Below, one piece after another: positions 45,205-53,043 of a stretch of DNA of 64,000 nt. Location of the stretch: the NCBI GenBank assembly GCA_902805775.1, contig CADCUB010000085.1, positions 17,184 to 81,183 on the forward strand, given 5' to 3'. The notes beneath the pieces are model-generated. The model searched no databases. It was not told where the DNA came from and saw nothing but the letters and a program-made list of their open reading frames with translations. Origin of the DNA: an uncultured Frankineae bacterium (GTDB taxonomy: Bacteria > Actinomycetota > Actinomycetes > Mycobacteriales > SCTD01). Both the position numbers and the translations under genes were made by a program. Position 1 is the stretch's first letter; every line of letters starts with the position of its first letter.

Positions 45205-46670
45205 ACCGTCCGCTGCGTCGTGTCGCCGCCGCCTGCCTGGTGCTGTTCGGGCTGCTGCTGGTCAACGTCAACTGGGTGCAGGTCGTCAAGGCCGAGGGCT
45301 ACCGCGACGACCCGCGCAACAGCCGCGTCCTGCTGCGCACCTACGAGCGCGAGCGGGGCGCGATCTCCGTCGTGCAGGCGGACGGCAGCGGACGGACGGC
45401 CATCGCGGAGTCCTCCCGCACCGACGGCCCGCTCACCTGGCTGCGCGAGTACCCCGGGGGTCCGTCGTACGCCCACGTGACCGGGTACTACTCCCTGGTC
45501 TACGGGCGCACGAGCCTCGAGCGCAGCGAGGACGAGGTCCTGTCCGGTGAGGACGACCGCTTCTTCGTGCGCCGGCTGTCGGACTCCGTCACGGGCCGCG
45601 AGCCGCAGGGTGGCAACATCATCACCACCCTCGACCCGGACGCGCAGGAGGTGGCGCACGAGGCGCTCAGCGGCAGCCGGGGCGCCGTCGTGGCCCTCGA
45701 CCCGCGCACCGGCGCGGTCCTGGCGATGGTCAGCCGTCCCTCGTTCGACCCCGGACGACTGTCGTCCTTCGAGCCGGCCGAGATCCGCAGCTACTACGCC
45801 CAGCTCAACGAGGACCCGACCGATCCGCTCCTCAACCGCGCGATCAGCAAGACCTACCCGCCCGGCTCGACCTTCAAGGTGGTCACGGCGGCTGCGGCGC
45901 TGTCGTCCGGGGACGTGGACCCGGACAGCTCCATCCCGTCCCCGCGGGAGCTGGACCTGCCGCAGACCTCCGCCCGGCTGCGCAACTTCGGCGGGGGCAG
46001 CTGCGGTGGTGAGACGACGACGCTGGCCAACGCCATGCGCATCTCCTGCAACACCGCTTTCGGGGCGCTCGGGCTGGAGCTCGGCGCCGACGCCCTGCGC
46101 GAGCAGGCGGAGGCGTTCGGGTTCGGCGACGACACGCTGCGCGCTCCGACGCGGGTCGCGACGAGCGTGTTCCCCGAGGACCCGGACGAGCCGCAGACGG
46201 CGACGTCGGCCATCGGGCAGTTCGAGGTCCGCGTCACCCCGCTCCAGATGGCCATGGTGGCAGCGGGAGTCGCTAACGGCGGGGAGGTCATGCGGCCCCA
46301 CCTCGTGCGCGAGGTGCAGGCGCCCGACCTGTCGCGCCTGGACCAGGCCGACCCCGAGGTGCTCACGCGCGCCGTCGACGAGGACGTCGCCGCCGACCTG
46401 ACGTCGATGATGGAGCTGGTCGTCGACGACGGCAGCGGAGTGCGCGCGCAGATCGACGGCGTGCGCGTCGCAGGCAAGACCGGCACCGCCCAGCACGCGG
46501 AGGGCCGGCCGCCGCACGCGTGGTTCATCGGCTTCGCCCCGGCCGACGATCCCCAGGTCGCGGTCGCCGTCGTCGTCGAGGACGGGGGCAGCCTGGGGTC
46601 GGAGGCGACCGGCGGGGCGCTGTCGGCACCCGTCGCGCGCGACGTCATGAGGGCGGTGCTCCGGCGATGA
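45201..46670 (+). CDS. pbpA: class B penicillin-binding protein PbpA
   Basis: The GTG overlaps the rodA stop (GTGA), with GGGAGG upstream. TM anchor and transpeptidase motifs STFKV, SCN and KTGTA. Confidence 0.9.
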   Translation: MNRPLRRVAAACLVLFGLLLVNVNWVQVVKAEGYRDDPRNSRVLLRTYERERGAISVVQADGSGRTAIAESSRTDGPLTWLREYPGGPSYAHVTGYYSLVYGRTSLERSEDEVLSGEDDRFFVRRLSDSVTGREPQGGNIITTLDPDAQEVAHEALSGSRGAVVALDPRTGAVLAMVSRPSFDPGRLSSFEPAEIRSYYAQLNEDPTDPLLNRAISKTYPPGSTFKVVTAAAALSSGDVDPDSSIPSPRELDLPQTSARLRNFGGGSCGGETTTLANAMRISCNTAFGALGLELGADALREQAEAFGFGDDTLRAPTRVATSVFPEDPDEPQTATSAIGQFEVRVTPLQMAMVAAGVANGGEVMRPHLVREVQAPDLSRLDQADPEVLTRAVDEDVAADLTSMMELVVDDGSGVRAQIDGVRVAGKTGTAQHAEGRPPHAWFIGFAPADDPQVAVAVVVEDGGSLGSEATGGALSAPVARDVMRAVLRR

Positions 46671-48256
46671 GCGCGCCCGCAGGCGTCGTCGACGGCCTGC
46701 TGGCCGGACGCTACCGACTGACGTCGCGCCTCGCCGCGGGGGCGATGGGCGAGGTCTGGCGTGCCCGAGACCTGCTGCTCGACAGGGAGGTCGCGGTCAA
46801 GACGCTGCGCCCCGAGATCGCCGACGACGACGACGCCCGCGAGCGCTTCCGGACGGAGGCGCGGTCCACGGGCCGGTTGTCGCACCCGGGCATCGCGGCG
46901 GTGTACGACACCGGCGAGAGCGACGGCCGCGCGTGGCTGGTGCTGGAGCTCGTCGAGGGCGAGTCGCTGCAGTCGCTCCTGCGCCGCTCGGGCCGGTTGT
47001 CGCCCGAGCAGACCCTCGACGTGGTCGCACAGACGGCCGCGGCGCTGCAGGCGGCGCACGCGAGCGGAGTCGTCCACCGCGACATCAAGCCGGGCAACCT
47101 GCTCGTGCGTCCCGACGGCGCGGTCAAGGTGACCGACTTCGGGATCGCCTCCGTGGCGGGCACCGCTCGCCTGACCCGCACGGGACAGGTGGTCGGGACG
47201 GCCGCCTACCTGTCGCCGGAGCAGGCGGCAGGCGGCCCGGCGACGGAGGCCAGCGACCTCTACGCCCTGGGTGTCGTCGCCTACGAGTGCCTCAGCGGCG
47301 CCGTGCCCTTCGCCTACGACAACCCCGTCGCGGTGCTGCTGGCCCACTCGCGCACGGACCCGCCGCCGCTGCCGGCCGACGTCCCCGCGCCGCTGACCGG
47401 GCTCGTCCGGGCCCTGCTCGCGAAGGACCCTCACGAACGACCGGCGCCCGCAAGCGAGGTCGTCCGGCGGGCCACGGCGGTGCGGGCAGCCCTGTCCGGC
47501 CCGGCGGCACGTCCTGCGACCGGCGCCGTCCCCGGTGCTCCGGCCGGCGCGACCACGGCAGTGCTCGGCACCGCACCGCTGCCGCCCACCCCTGGAGGAG
47601 AGACGGCCGGCGCTCCCCGAGGGCCGGCCGACCCGGCTGACCGGCCGTCGTCCCGCGTCCCCCGGCGCCTCCCCGCCCCCGGGCGGCCGGTCAGCCGGGC
47701 GCGACCCGAGCGACGGTCCCCCGGTGCTGCGCGTGCCGGCCTGGCGGGACGCCTCGGGCAGCGCCGTGCGGTGCGGGTCACCGCGCTGCTGCTCGGCCTG
47801 CTGGCCGTCGCGCTCGGCCTGCGGGAGTCGTCCGGAGGCGCCGTCCCTTCCCCGGCGCCGTCGTCTGCGACGACGACCCCATCGTCGTCGCGCTCACCCG
47901 CCGCCGGAGCGGACGGGGGCGGCGGTGCCGTCGTGCCTGCGCCCGCGGGACAGCAGCCGGGACAGCAGCCGCCGCAGACGCGGGAGCAGCAGCCCGCCCC
48001 TCCGGGTGCCGGTGACGGCGGCGGCGGCGGTCAGGGCGAGCAGGCCGACGACGCCGCGGAGAAGGCCGCGGAGAAGGCTGCGGAGGACGCCGCCGAGCGG
48101 GCCGAGCGCATCCGGGAGCAGGGCGACAGCGGCAAGGACGAGAGCGACAAGGACGAGAGCGACAAGGACGAGAGCGACAAGGACGACGGCGGCAAGGGGG
48201 GCGGCGGCAAGGGCGACGACGAGAAGGGCAACGGCGGCAAGGGCAAGGACGGGTGA
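46667..48256 (+). CDS. pknA: Ser/Thr protein kinase PknA with TM helix and low-complexity acidic/Lys-Gly C-terminal tail
   Basis: The ATG overlaps the pbpA stop (ATGA). Kinase motifs GAMGEVW, AVK, HRDIKPGN, DFG and SPEQ. TM segment VTALLLGLLAVALGL. Confidence 0.9.
   Translation: MSAPAGVVDGLLAGRYRLTSRLAAGAMGEVWRARDLLLDREVAVKTLRPEIADDDDARERFRTEARSTGRLSHPGIAAVYDTGESDGRAWLVLELVEGESLQSLLRRSGRLSPEQTLDVVAQTAAALQAAHASGVVHRDIKPGNLLVRPDGAVKVTDFGIASVAGTARLTRTGQVVGTAAYLSPEQAAGGPATEASDLYALGVVAYECLSGAVPFAYDNPVAVLLAHSRTDPPPLPADVPAPLTGLVRALLAKDPHERPAPASEVVRRATAVRAALSGPAARPATGAVPGAPAGATTAVLGTAPLPPTPGGETAGAPRGPADPADRPSSRVPRRLPAPGRPVSRARPERRSPGAARAGLAGRLGQRRAVRVTALLLGLLAVALGLRESSGGAVPSPAPSSATTTPSSSRSPAAGADGGGGAVVPAPAGQQPGQQPPQTREQQPAPPGAGDGGGGGQGEQADDAAEKAAEKAAEDAAERAERIREQGDSGKDESDKDESDKDESDKDDGGKGGGGKGDDEKGNGGKGKDG
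48134..48186 (+). repeat. 15-nt tandem repeat (aaggacgagagcgac x3 plus a partial copy) inside the pknA 3' end
   Basis: Three perfect consecutive copies at 48134-48178 encode (K)DESD repeats. A fourth, degenerate copy follows. Confidence 0.9.
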
Positions 48257-49950
48257 CCGAGGTCGAGCAGCCCCCACTGCTCGGGGGGCGCTACCAGGTC
48301 GGTGAGCTCATCGGCACCGGCGGGATGGCCGACGTCCGCCGAGGCCGTGACATCCGACTCGGTCGCGAGGTGGCGGTCAAGGTCCTGCGTCCCGACCTGG
48401 CGCGCGACCCGTCGTTCCAGGCCCGCTTCCGTCGGGAGGCGCAGGCTGCGGCCTCGCTCAACGTCCCGAGCATCGTGTCGGTGTACGACACCGGTGAGGA
48501 CCCCTCCGGCATCCCGTACATCGTCATGGAGCACGTGGAGGGACGCACCCTGCGCCACGTGCTGCAGGAGGAGGGCCGCCTGCTCCCCCAGCGCGCGCTG
48601 GAGCTGACGGCCGAGATCTGCGGGGCGCTCGAGGTGGCGCACAGCGCCGGGATCGTGCACCGGGACGTCAAGCCGGCGAACGTCATGCTCACCCGCACCG
48701 GTGAGGTCAAGGTCATGGACTTCGGCATCGCCCGCGCCGCTGCTGACACCTCGGGCATGACGCAGACGGCGGCCGTCATCGGGACCGCGGCGTACCTCTC
48801 GCCCGAGCAGGCCCGCGGGGCCCACGTCGACGCCCGCTCCGACCTGTACTCCACCGGCTGCCTGCTGTACGAGCTGGTCACCGGCGCACCGCCGTTCACC
48901 GGCGACACGCCCGTCGCCGTCGCCTACCAGCACGTGCGCGAGGACCCCGTCCCACCCTCGGCGTACGACCCCACGCTGCCGGCCGCGGTCGATGCGGTGG
49001 TGCTCACCGCCATGGCCAAGAACCCGGCGAACCGCTACCAGAGCGCCCAGGAGATGCGCGAGGACCTGCTGCGGGCGCGCGCCGGTGAGCCGGTCGGCGC
49101 TCCTGCCGTCCTCGAGGTCGTCGACACCCCGCCGGCCACGGGCTCGCCGGTGCTCGTCGACCCGCGGCGGCGGCGCACGGCGCGCGGGCTCCTGGCCGCA
49201 GCGTTCGGCGTCCTGCTGGTGGCGGTGTCGGTCGGGACCGCCGTGCTGGTGCGCAGCGCCCTGGCCACCTCCGCCGAGCTGGTGCCCGCGCCGGCCGTGG
49301 TGGGGCTGGACCAGGCCGACGCCGTCTCCGCTCTGGCGCAGGAGGGCCTGCGGGTCGGGACCCTGCGCGGGCGCTTCGACGAGGCGCCGTTCGGCACGGT
49401 CCTCGCCCAGACCCCTGAGCAGGGCATCGTCGTGCCGCCGCGCGGGACCGTGGACCTGCTGGTCTCCCGCGGGGTCGAGATGACCCAGGTGCCCGTCGAG
49501 GCCGTGGGCCGTCCGCTCGCCGAGGCGCAGGCGGTGCTCGCGGACCGCAAGCTGACCGTCTCCTCCGAGACCGTCGGCCGGGACGGCTTCTTCGCCCCCG
49601 GGACCGTGCTCGGCGTGACGCCGGAACCCGGACGGCAGGTGCGGGCCGGCACTGCCGTCGTGCTCACCGTCGCGTCCGGCCAGGTGCCGGTCCCCGACGT
49701 GCAGGGGCAGGCACGCGACTCCGCCGTGGCGGCGCTGCAGGAGGCGGGGTTCTCGGTACGGGTCGAGCTGCAGTACGCCGAAGGCAGGCCTGACGTCGTG
49801 GTGGACCAGTCCCCCGTCGGCCGTCGACGCGAGGCCGGTTCGACGGTGACTCTCACCGTCACGCAGTCGATCCCGACGCCCGAGCCTGCGCGTGGACCAC
49901 CACCGGACGCGGGCGGTCCACCGCCGGACCCGGTTCCGCCGGGGGAGTGA
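48253..49950 (+). CDS. pknB: Ser/Thr protein kinase PknB with three extracellular PASTA repeats
   Basis: The GTG overlaps the pknA stop (GTGA). Kinase motifs GGMADV, AVK, HRDVKPAN, DFG and SPEQ. One TM helix and three PASTA-like repeats. Confidence 0.93.
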   Translation: MTEVEQPPLLGGRYQVGELIGTGGMADVRRGRDIRLGREVAVKVLRPDLARDPSFQARFRREAQAAASLNVPSIVSVYDTGEDPSGIPYIVMEHVEGRTLRHVLQEEGRLLPQRALELTAEICGALEVAHSAGIVHRDVKPANVMLTRTGEVKVMDFGIARAAADTSGMTQTAAVIGTAAYLSPEQARGAHVDARSDLYSTGCLLYELVTGAPPFTGDTPVAVAYQHVREDPVPPSAYDPTLPAAVDAVVLTAMAKNPANRYQSAQEMREDLLRARAGEPVGAPAVLEVVDTPPATGSPVLVDPRRRRTARGLLAAAFGVLLVAVSVGTAVLVRSALATSAELVPAPAVVGLDQADAVSALAQEGLRVGTLRGRFDEAPFGTVLAQTPEQGIVVPPRGTVDLLVSRGVEMTQVPVEAVGRPLAEAQAVLADRKLTVSSETVGRDGFFAPGTVLGVTPEPGRQVRAGTAVVLTVASGQVPVPDVQGQARDSAVAALQEAGFSVRVELQYAEGRPDVVVDQSPVGRRREAGSTVTLTVTQSIPTPEPARGPPPDAGGPPPDPVPPGE

Positions 49951-50040
49951 GTGCTGCTGGGCCAGCGGGGATGGAAGCGGAAGGGGCTGTCCTGCAGCCT
50001 GTTCGGCACCCATCAGCGGCACAGGCGCGGGACCGCGACC

Positions 50041-50106
50041 GAGACTGCCTGTGACAGCATGTATTACGCGACTGGTCCCTGGACCGGCTGTCCCACAGCA
50101 GGTCTC
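50041..50106. repeat. long imperfect inverted repeat (putative bidirectional terminator) between convergent pknB and trpG
   Basis: Arms gagactgcctgtgacagc / gctgtcccacagcaggtctc enclose a locally AT-richer loop (atgtattacgcgac...) that itself contains ggtcc-ct-ggacc. Confidence 0.4.
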
Positions 50107-50749
50107 AGCCGAGAGCAGCCCGGCGCTTCTGCTCGACCCGCTCCACCAGCTCGGGTGCGAGCCCGGCAGCGCGAGTGTCCCCGCACTGTCGCAGCCAGTT
50201 GGCGAGGACCAGGTGCCCCCCTTGCGTCAGCACCGACTCGGGGTGGAACTGCACGCCCTCGACGGGCCGGTCACGGTGGCGCAGCGCCATGACCACTCCG
50301 CTCGGGGTGCGACCGGTGACGAGCAGCTCGTCGGGGAGCGTCCCCTCCTCCACGGCCAGCGAGTGGTAGCGGGTCGCCGTGAACGGGGAGGGCAGCTCGT
50401 GGAGGACACCTGCACCGTCGTGCTCGACCTCCGAGGTCTTGCCGTGCAGCAGCTCGGGGGCCCGGGAGACGGTCGCGCCGTGCGCGGCGGCGATGGCCTG
50501 GTGCCCCAGGCAGACCCCGAGCAACGGCAGGTCCTGCTGCTCGCACGCGGTCACCAGCTCGACGCTCGCACCGGCGTCCTCCGGCGTCCCCGGTCCGGGC
50601 GACAGCAGGACCCCGTCGAAGCCGTCGAGGTCGCGGACGTCGGCGTCGTCGTTGCGGCGGACGACCGTCTGCGCACCCAGCTGCCCGAGGTACTGCACGA
50701 GGTTGAAGACGAAGCTGTCGTAGTTGTCGACGACGAGGATGCGGGTCAC
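50105..50749 (-). CDS. trpG: glutamine amidotransferase subunit of anthranilate/aminodeoxychorismate synthase (TrpG/PabA)
   Basis: The GTG at 50749 gives (M)TRILVVDNYDSFVFNLVQYL. Triad context GVCLGHQ and a C-terminal FHPES. The track TTG start at 50761 adds 4 codons. Confidence 0.9.
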   Translation of the reverse strand: MTRILVVDNYDSFVFNLVQYLGQLGAQTVVRRNDDADVRDLDGFDGVLLSPGPGTPEDAGASVELVTACEQQDLPLLGVCLGHQAIAAAHGATVSRAPELLHGKTSEVEHDGAGVLHELPSPFTATRYHSLAVEEGTLPDELLVTGRTPSGVVMALRHRDRPVEGVQFHPESVLTQGGHLVLANWLRQCGDTRAAGLAPELVERVEQKRRAALG

Positions 50750-50861
50750 GTCGTGCTCCAACGCCGGTCGTACGGCTCGCGCTTCCGTCGGGCGGACCGC
50801 CGCTGCTCGCCCGGTGGCCGTCGGCGCCGGCGACCGGACGAGGACGTGTCGTTCCGGGCGC

Positions 50862-51047
50862 TCACGGCGGCGGGGAGGCAGCCGGCGGGCGCCCGTCGAC
50901 GGTCACGTCACCCAGCGGCAGCAGCGGCTCCACCGCCGGGAAGACGACGAGGAACAGCAGCGCGACGGCGGCGGTCAGCAGCAGCAGGCAGCCGAGCAGC
51001 TTGCCCGGCACTCCCCCGGGCAGCGACCGCCAGATCCAGCCGTACAC
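50862..51047 (-). CDS. small membrane protein (61 aa)
   Basis: The GTG start directly abuts the sortase stop (TAGGTG). Near-uniform G/C at codon position 3. One TM helix LLGCLLLLTAAVALLFLVVF. Confidence 0.6.
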   Translation of the reverse strand: MYGWIWRSLPGGVPGKLLGCLLLLTAAVALLFLVVFPAVEPLLPLGDVTVDGRPPAASPPP

Positions 51048-51857
51048 CTAGCCCCCGGCTCCGGCGGCGGACCCTGCGGCCACCGGTGCCGCCAGCGCGG
51101 CCGGCCGGCCGGCCGACTTGGCGTCGGTGGCGGTCAGCTCGGCGGACACGATCAGGCGCTGGCGGGCGGAGTAGCGCGGGTGGCAGGTGGTCATCGTCAG
51201 CAGCCGCCGGGTCGGTGTCGCCCCTGCCTGCCCCGGTACGGGCCACGCGACCTCGACCGCGGACGGCGCCACGATCTGCGAGCCGGTGACGGTGTAGGTG
51301 AACCACGTGTCGCGGGTCTCGACGACGACCGCGTCGCCGACCCGCAGCTCGTCGAGCCGGGCGAAGGGGGCGCCGTAGGTCGTGCGGTGGCCCGACACCA
51401 CGACGTTGCCCAGCTGGCCCGGCAGGGCGGTGCCGGGCATGTGGCCGGGGCCGGTCTTGAGGTCGGCCACGCGCACCCCCTCGACGACGACGGGAGGCTC
51501 GTCGTTCCACTCGCCCAGGCGCGGGATCCGCAGGACCGCCAGCGCGCCGCCGAGGTCGACCGGGGCCGGGACGGCGACCGGCGGCGGGCTGGGCGCCGGC
51601 ACCGTGGGATCGGGCTCCGCGGTCCCGGTGGGAGCCGGGTCGGCGGAGGCCGTGGGGGCAGGCTCGGTCGAGCGGGCAGCCGGCTCGGCCCAGGCCCGGC
51701 GCAGGTCGTCGCTGAGCTGCTCCTGCGCCTGCGCGGTGACCAGGTTGGTGAACTTCACCTCGTAGACGCAGAACAGCAGCACCACGACCCCGAGCGTGAT
51801 CAGCAGCTCCCCGGTGCCCCGCAGCGCAGCGCGGAACAGCCGGCCTCCTCGGCTCAC
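51048..51857 (-). CDS. class E sortase
   Basis: The GTG at 51857 overlaps the DUF881 stop (GTGA). N-terminal TM helix, catalytic His in VVVSGHRTTYG, a TLxTC-type motif LLTMTTCHP and a catalytic Arg region. Confidence 0.88.
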   Translation of the reverse strand: MSRGGRLFRAALRGTGELLITLGVVVLLFCVYEVKFTNLVTAQAQEQLSDDLRRAWAEPAARSTEPAPTASADPAPTGTAEPDPTVPAPSPPPVAVPAPVDLGGALAVLRIPRLGEWNDEPPVVVEGVRVADLKTGPGHMPGTALPGQLGNVVVSGHRTTYGAPFARLDELRVGDAVVVETRDTWFTYTVTGSQIVAPSAVEVAWPVPGQAGATPTRRLLTMTTCHPRYSARQRLIVSAELTATDAKSAGRPAALAAPVAAGSAAGAGG

Positions 51858-52582
51858 GCCGGGGCCTGCTCGACGACGTGGGGCAGCTCCAGCGGGCCGT
51901 CGTACGCGGGCAGCCGTGCGTCCGCCTCCTCCTGGACGGCGTAGCCGAGGCCGAAGCGGTCGACGAACGTCCGGAAGTAGCCGACCCCCGGGTCGCCGTC
52001 GAGCGCGCGCCCGAGGTCGCCGGGCTCGCCGAGCGCGGTGACGACGAAGGGTGGGCTGTAGACGCGCCCGTGCAGGACGACCGTGTTGCCGACGCACCGC
52101 ACCGCGCTGGTGGACACCACCCGCTGGCCCATCAGCGTCATGGCCTCCGCCCCGCCGGACCACAGGGCGTTGACGACTGCCTGCACGTCCTGCTGGTGCA
52201 CCACCAGGTCGTCGGGGTCGTCCGACAGCGGCGGGCGCCCGGGCTGCCGCGGTGCGTCGTCGAGGGTGACGGTCACACCCGGCCCGCGCACGGCTCCGAG
52301 TCCGGCGGCCTCCTCGAGCGCCCGGGGCGGCGCTGCCTGCGCCACCCGTCCGTCGCGGTCGCCGACCTCCTCCGACTCCCGGGACACCTGCTCGCGCAGC
52401 TCCGCGGCGGCCCGTGACCGGCGCTCGACGGCAGCGCGCTCCCGGGCGACGAGCTCGGTGAGCTGCAGGCGGCGATCGGCGCGCAGGTCGGTCCCTTGGG
52501 CGGTCGAGGCACTGGTGGCGAACAGCAGCCCTGCGGCCAGAGTGGTGAGCGGCACGAGCACCGACCAGGGGTGACGCGCCAC
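51854..52582 (-). CDS. DUF881 domain-containing membrane protein
   Basis: GTG at 52582 with GGAGGAG 6 nt upstream. TM helix, coiled-coil stretch and a DUF881 body (VTVTLDD...DDLVVHQQDVQAVVNALW..GAEAM). Confidence 0.85.
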   Translation of the reverse strand: MARHPWSVLVPLTTLAAGLLFATSASTAQGTDLRADRRLQLTELVARERAAVERRSRAAAELREQVSRESEEVGDRDGRVAQAAPPRALEEAAGLGAVRGPGVTVTLDDAPRQPGRPPLSDDPDDLVVHQQDVQAVVNALWSGGAEAMTLMGQRVVSTSAVRCVGNTVVLHGRVYSPPFVVTALGEPGDLGRALDGDPGVGYFRTFVDRFGLGYAVQEEADARLPAYDGPLELPHVVEQAPA

Positions 52583-52667
52583 GTCCGTCTCCTCCGTCCC
52601 CAGGGGACCTGCGTCGTGCCGTGCGCACAGGCTCCGCAACTACGCTAACGGTCGGATCGGCACACCG

Positions 52668-52970
52668 GTGCCGGTCGTCGAGCGGACGGAGACCGAGGTC
52701 GTGCCCGAGTCCAGGAAGCGCAAGCCGGCCCGCACGTCGCGCCCGGCCCCCAGCGCTGCGGTCGCCAAGAAGAAGGGGCCGAGTCCTCGGTGGCTGGCGC
52801 CCCTCATGCTGGTGCTGTTCGGCGTCGGAGTGCTCTGGCTGGTGGTCTTCTACCTCACCCAGGCGCGCATGGGTGGCCTGCCGGGCGTCAGCGACATCGG
52901 CAACTGGAACCTGCTGGTGGGCTTCGGCTTCATCATCGCCGGCTTCGCGCTGTCGACGCAGTGGCGCTGA
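52668..52970 (+). CDS. crgA: cell division protein CrgA
   Basis: 100 aa. Basic N-terminus, then two TM helices with the conserved PRWLAPLMLVLFGVGVLWLVVFYL and GNWNLLVGFGFIIAGFALSTQWR. Confidence 0.9.
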   Translation: MPVVERTETEVVPESRKRKPARTSRPAPSAAVAKKKGPSPRWLAPLMLVLFGVGVLWLVVFYLTQARMGGLPGVSDIGNWNLLVGFGFIIAGFALSTQWR

Positions 52971-53013
52971 CCGTTCACCCGTTCGACTGACACCGGTGTA
53001 GTTCTCCCCAGAG

Positions 53014-53034
53014 CTTGTCCACACTGTGGACGAG
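53014..53034. repeat. 21-bp palindrome made of two head-to-head DnaA-box-like 9-mers (alternatively a terminator hairpin)
   Basis: cTTGTCCACAcTGTGGACGAg. Positions 53015-53023 read TTGTCCACA. The complement of 53025-53033 reads TCGTCCACA. It sits between the convergent crgA and thiolase genes. Confidence 0.6.
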
Positions 53035-53043
53035 CGGGAGTGG

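Noticed and set aside
48134-48186. Short perfect tandem repeats considered as a possible CRISPR or minisatellite locus
   Set aside because: The 15-nt units have no spacers and lie in frame inside pknA, so this is a coding low-complexity repeat. No CRISPR-like repeat-spacer architecture occurs anywhere in the window.
50750-50761. TTG start at 50761 for trpG given by the ORF track
   Set aside because: The GTG at 50749 yields the canonical (M)TRILVVDNYDSF N-terminus. The four extra codons are unsupported.
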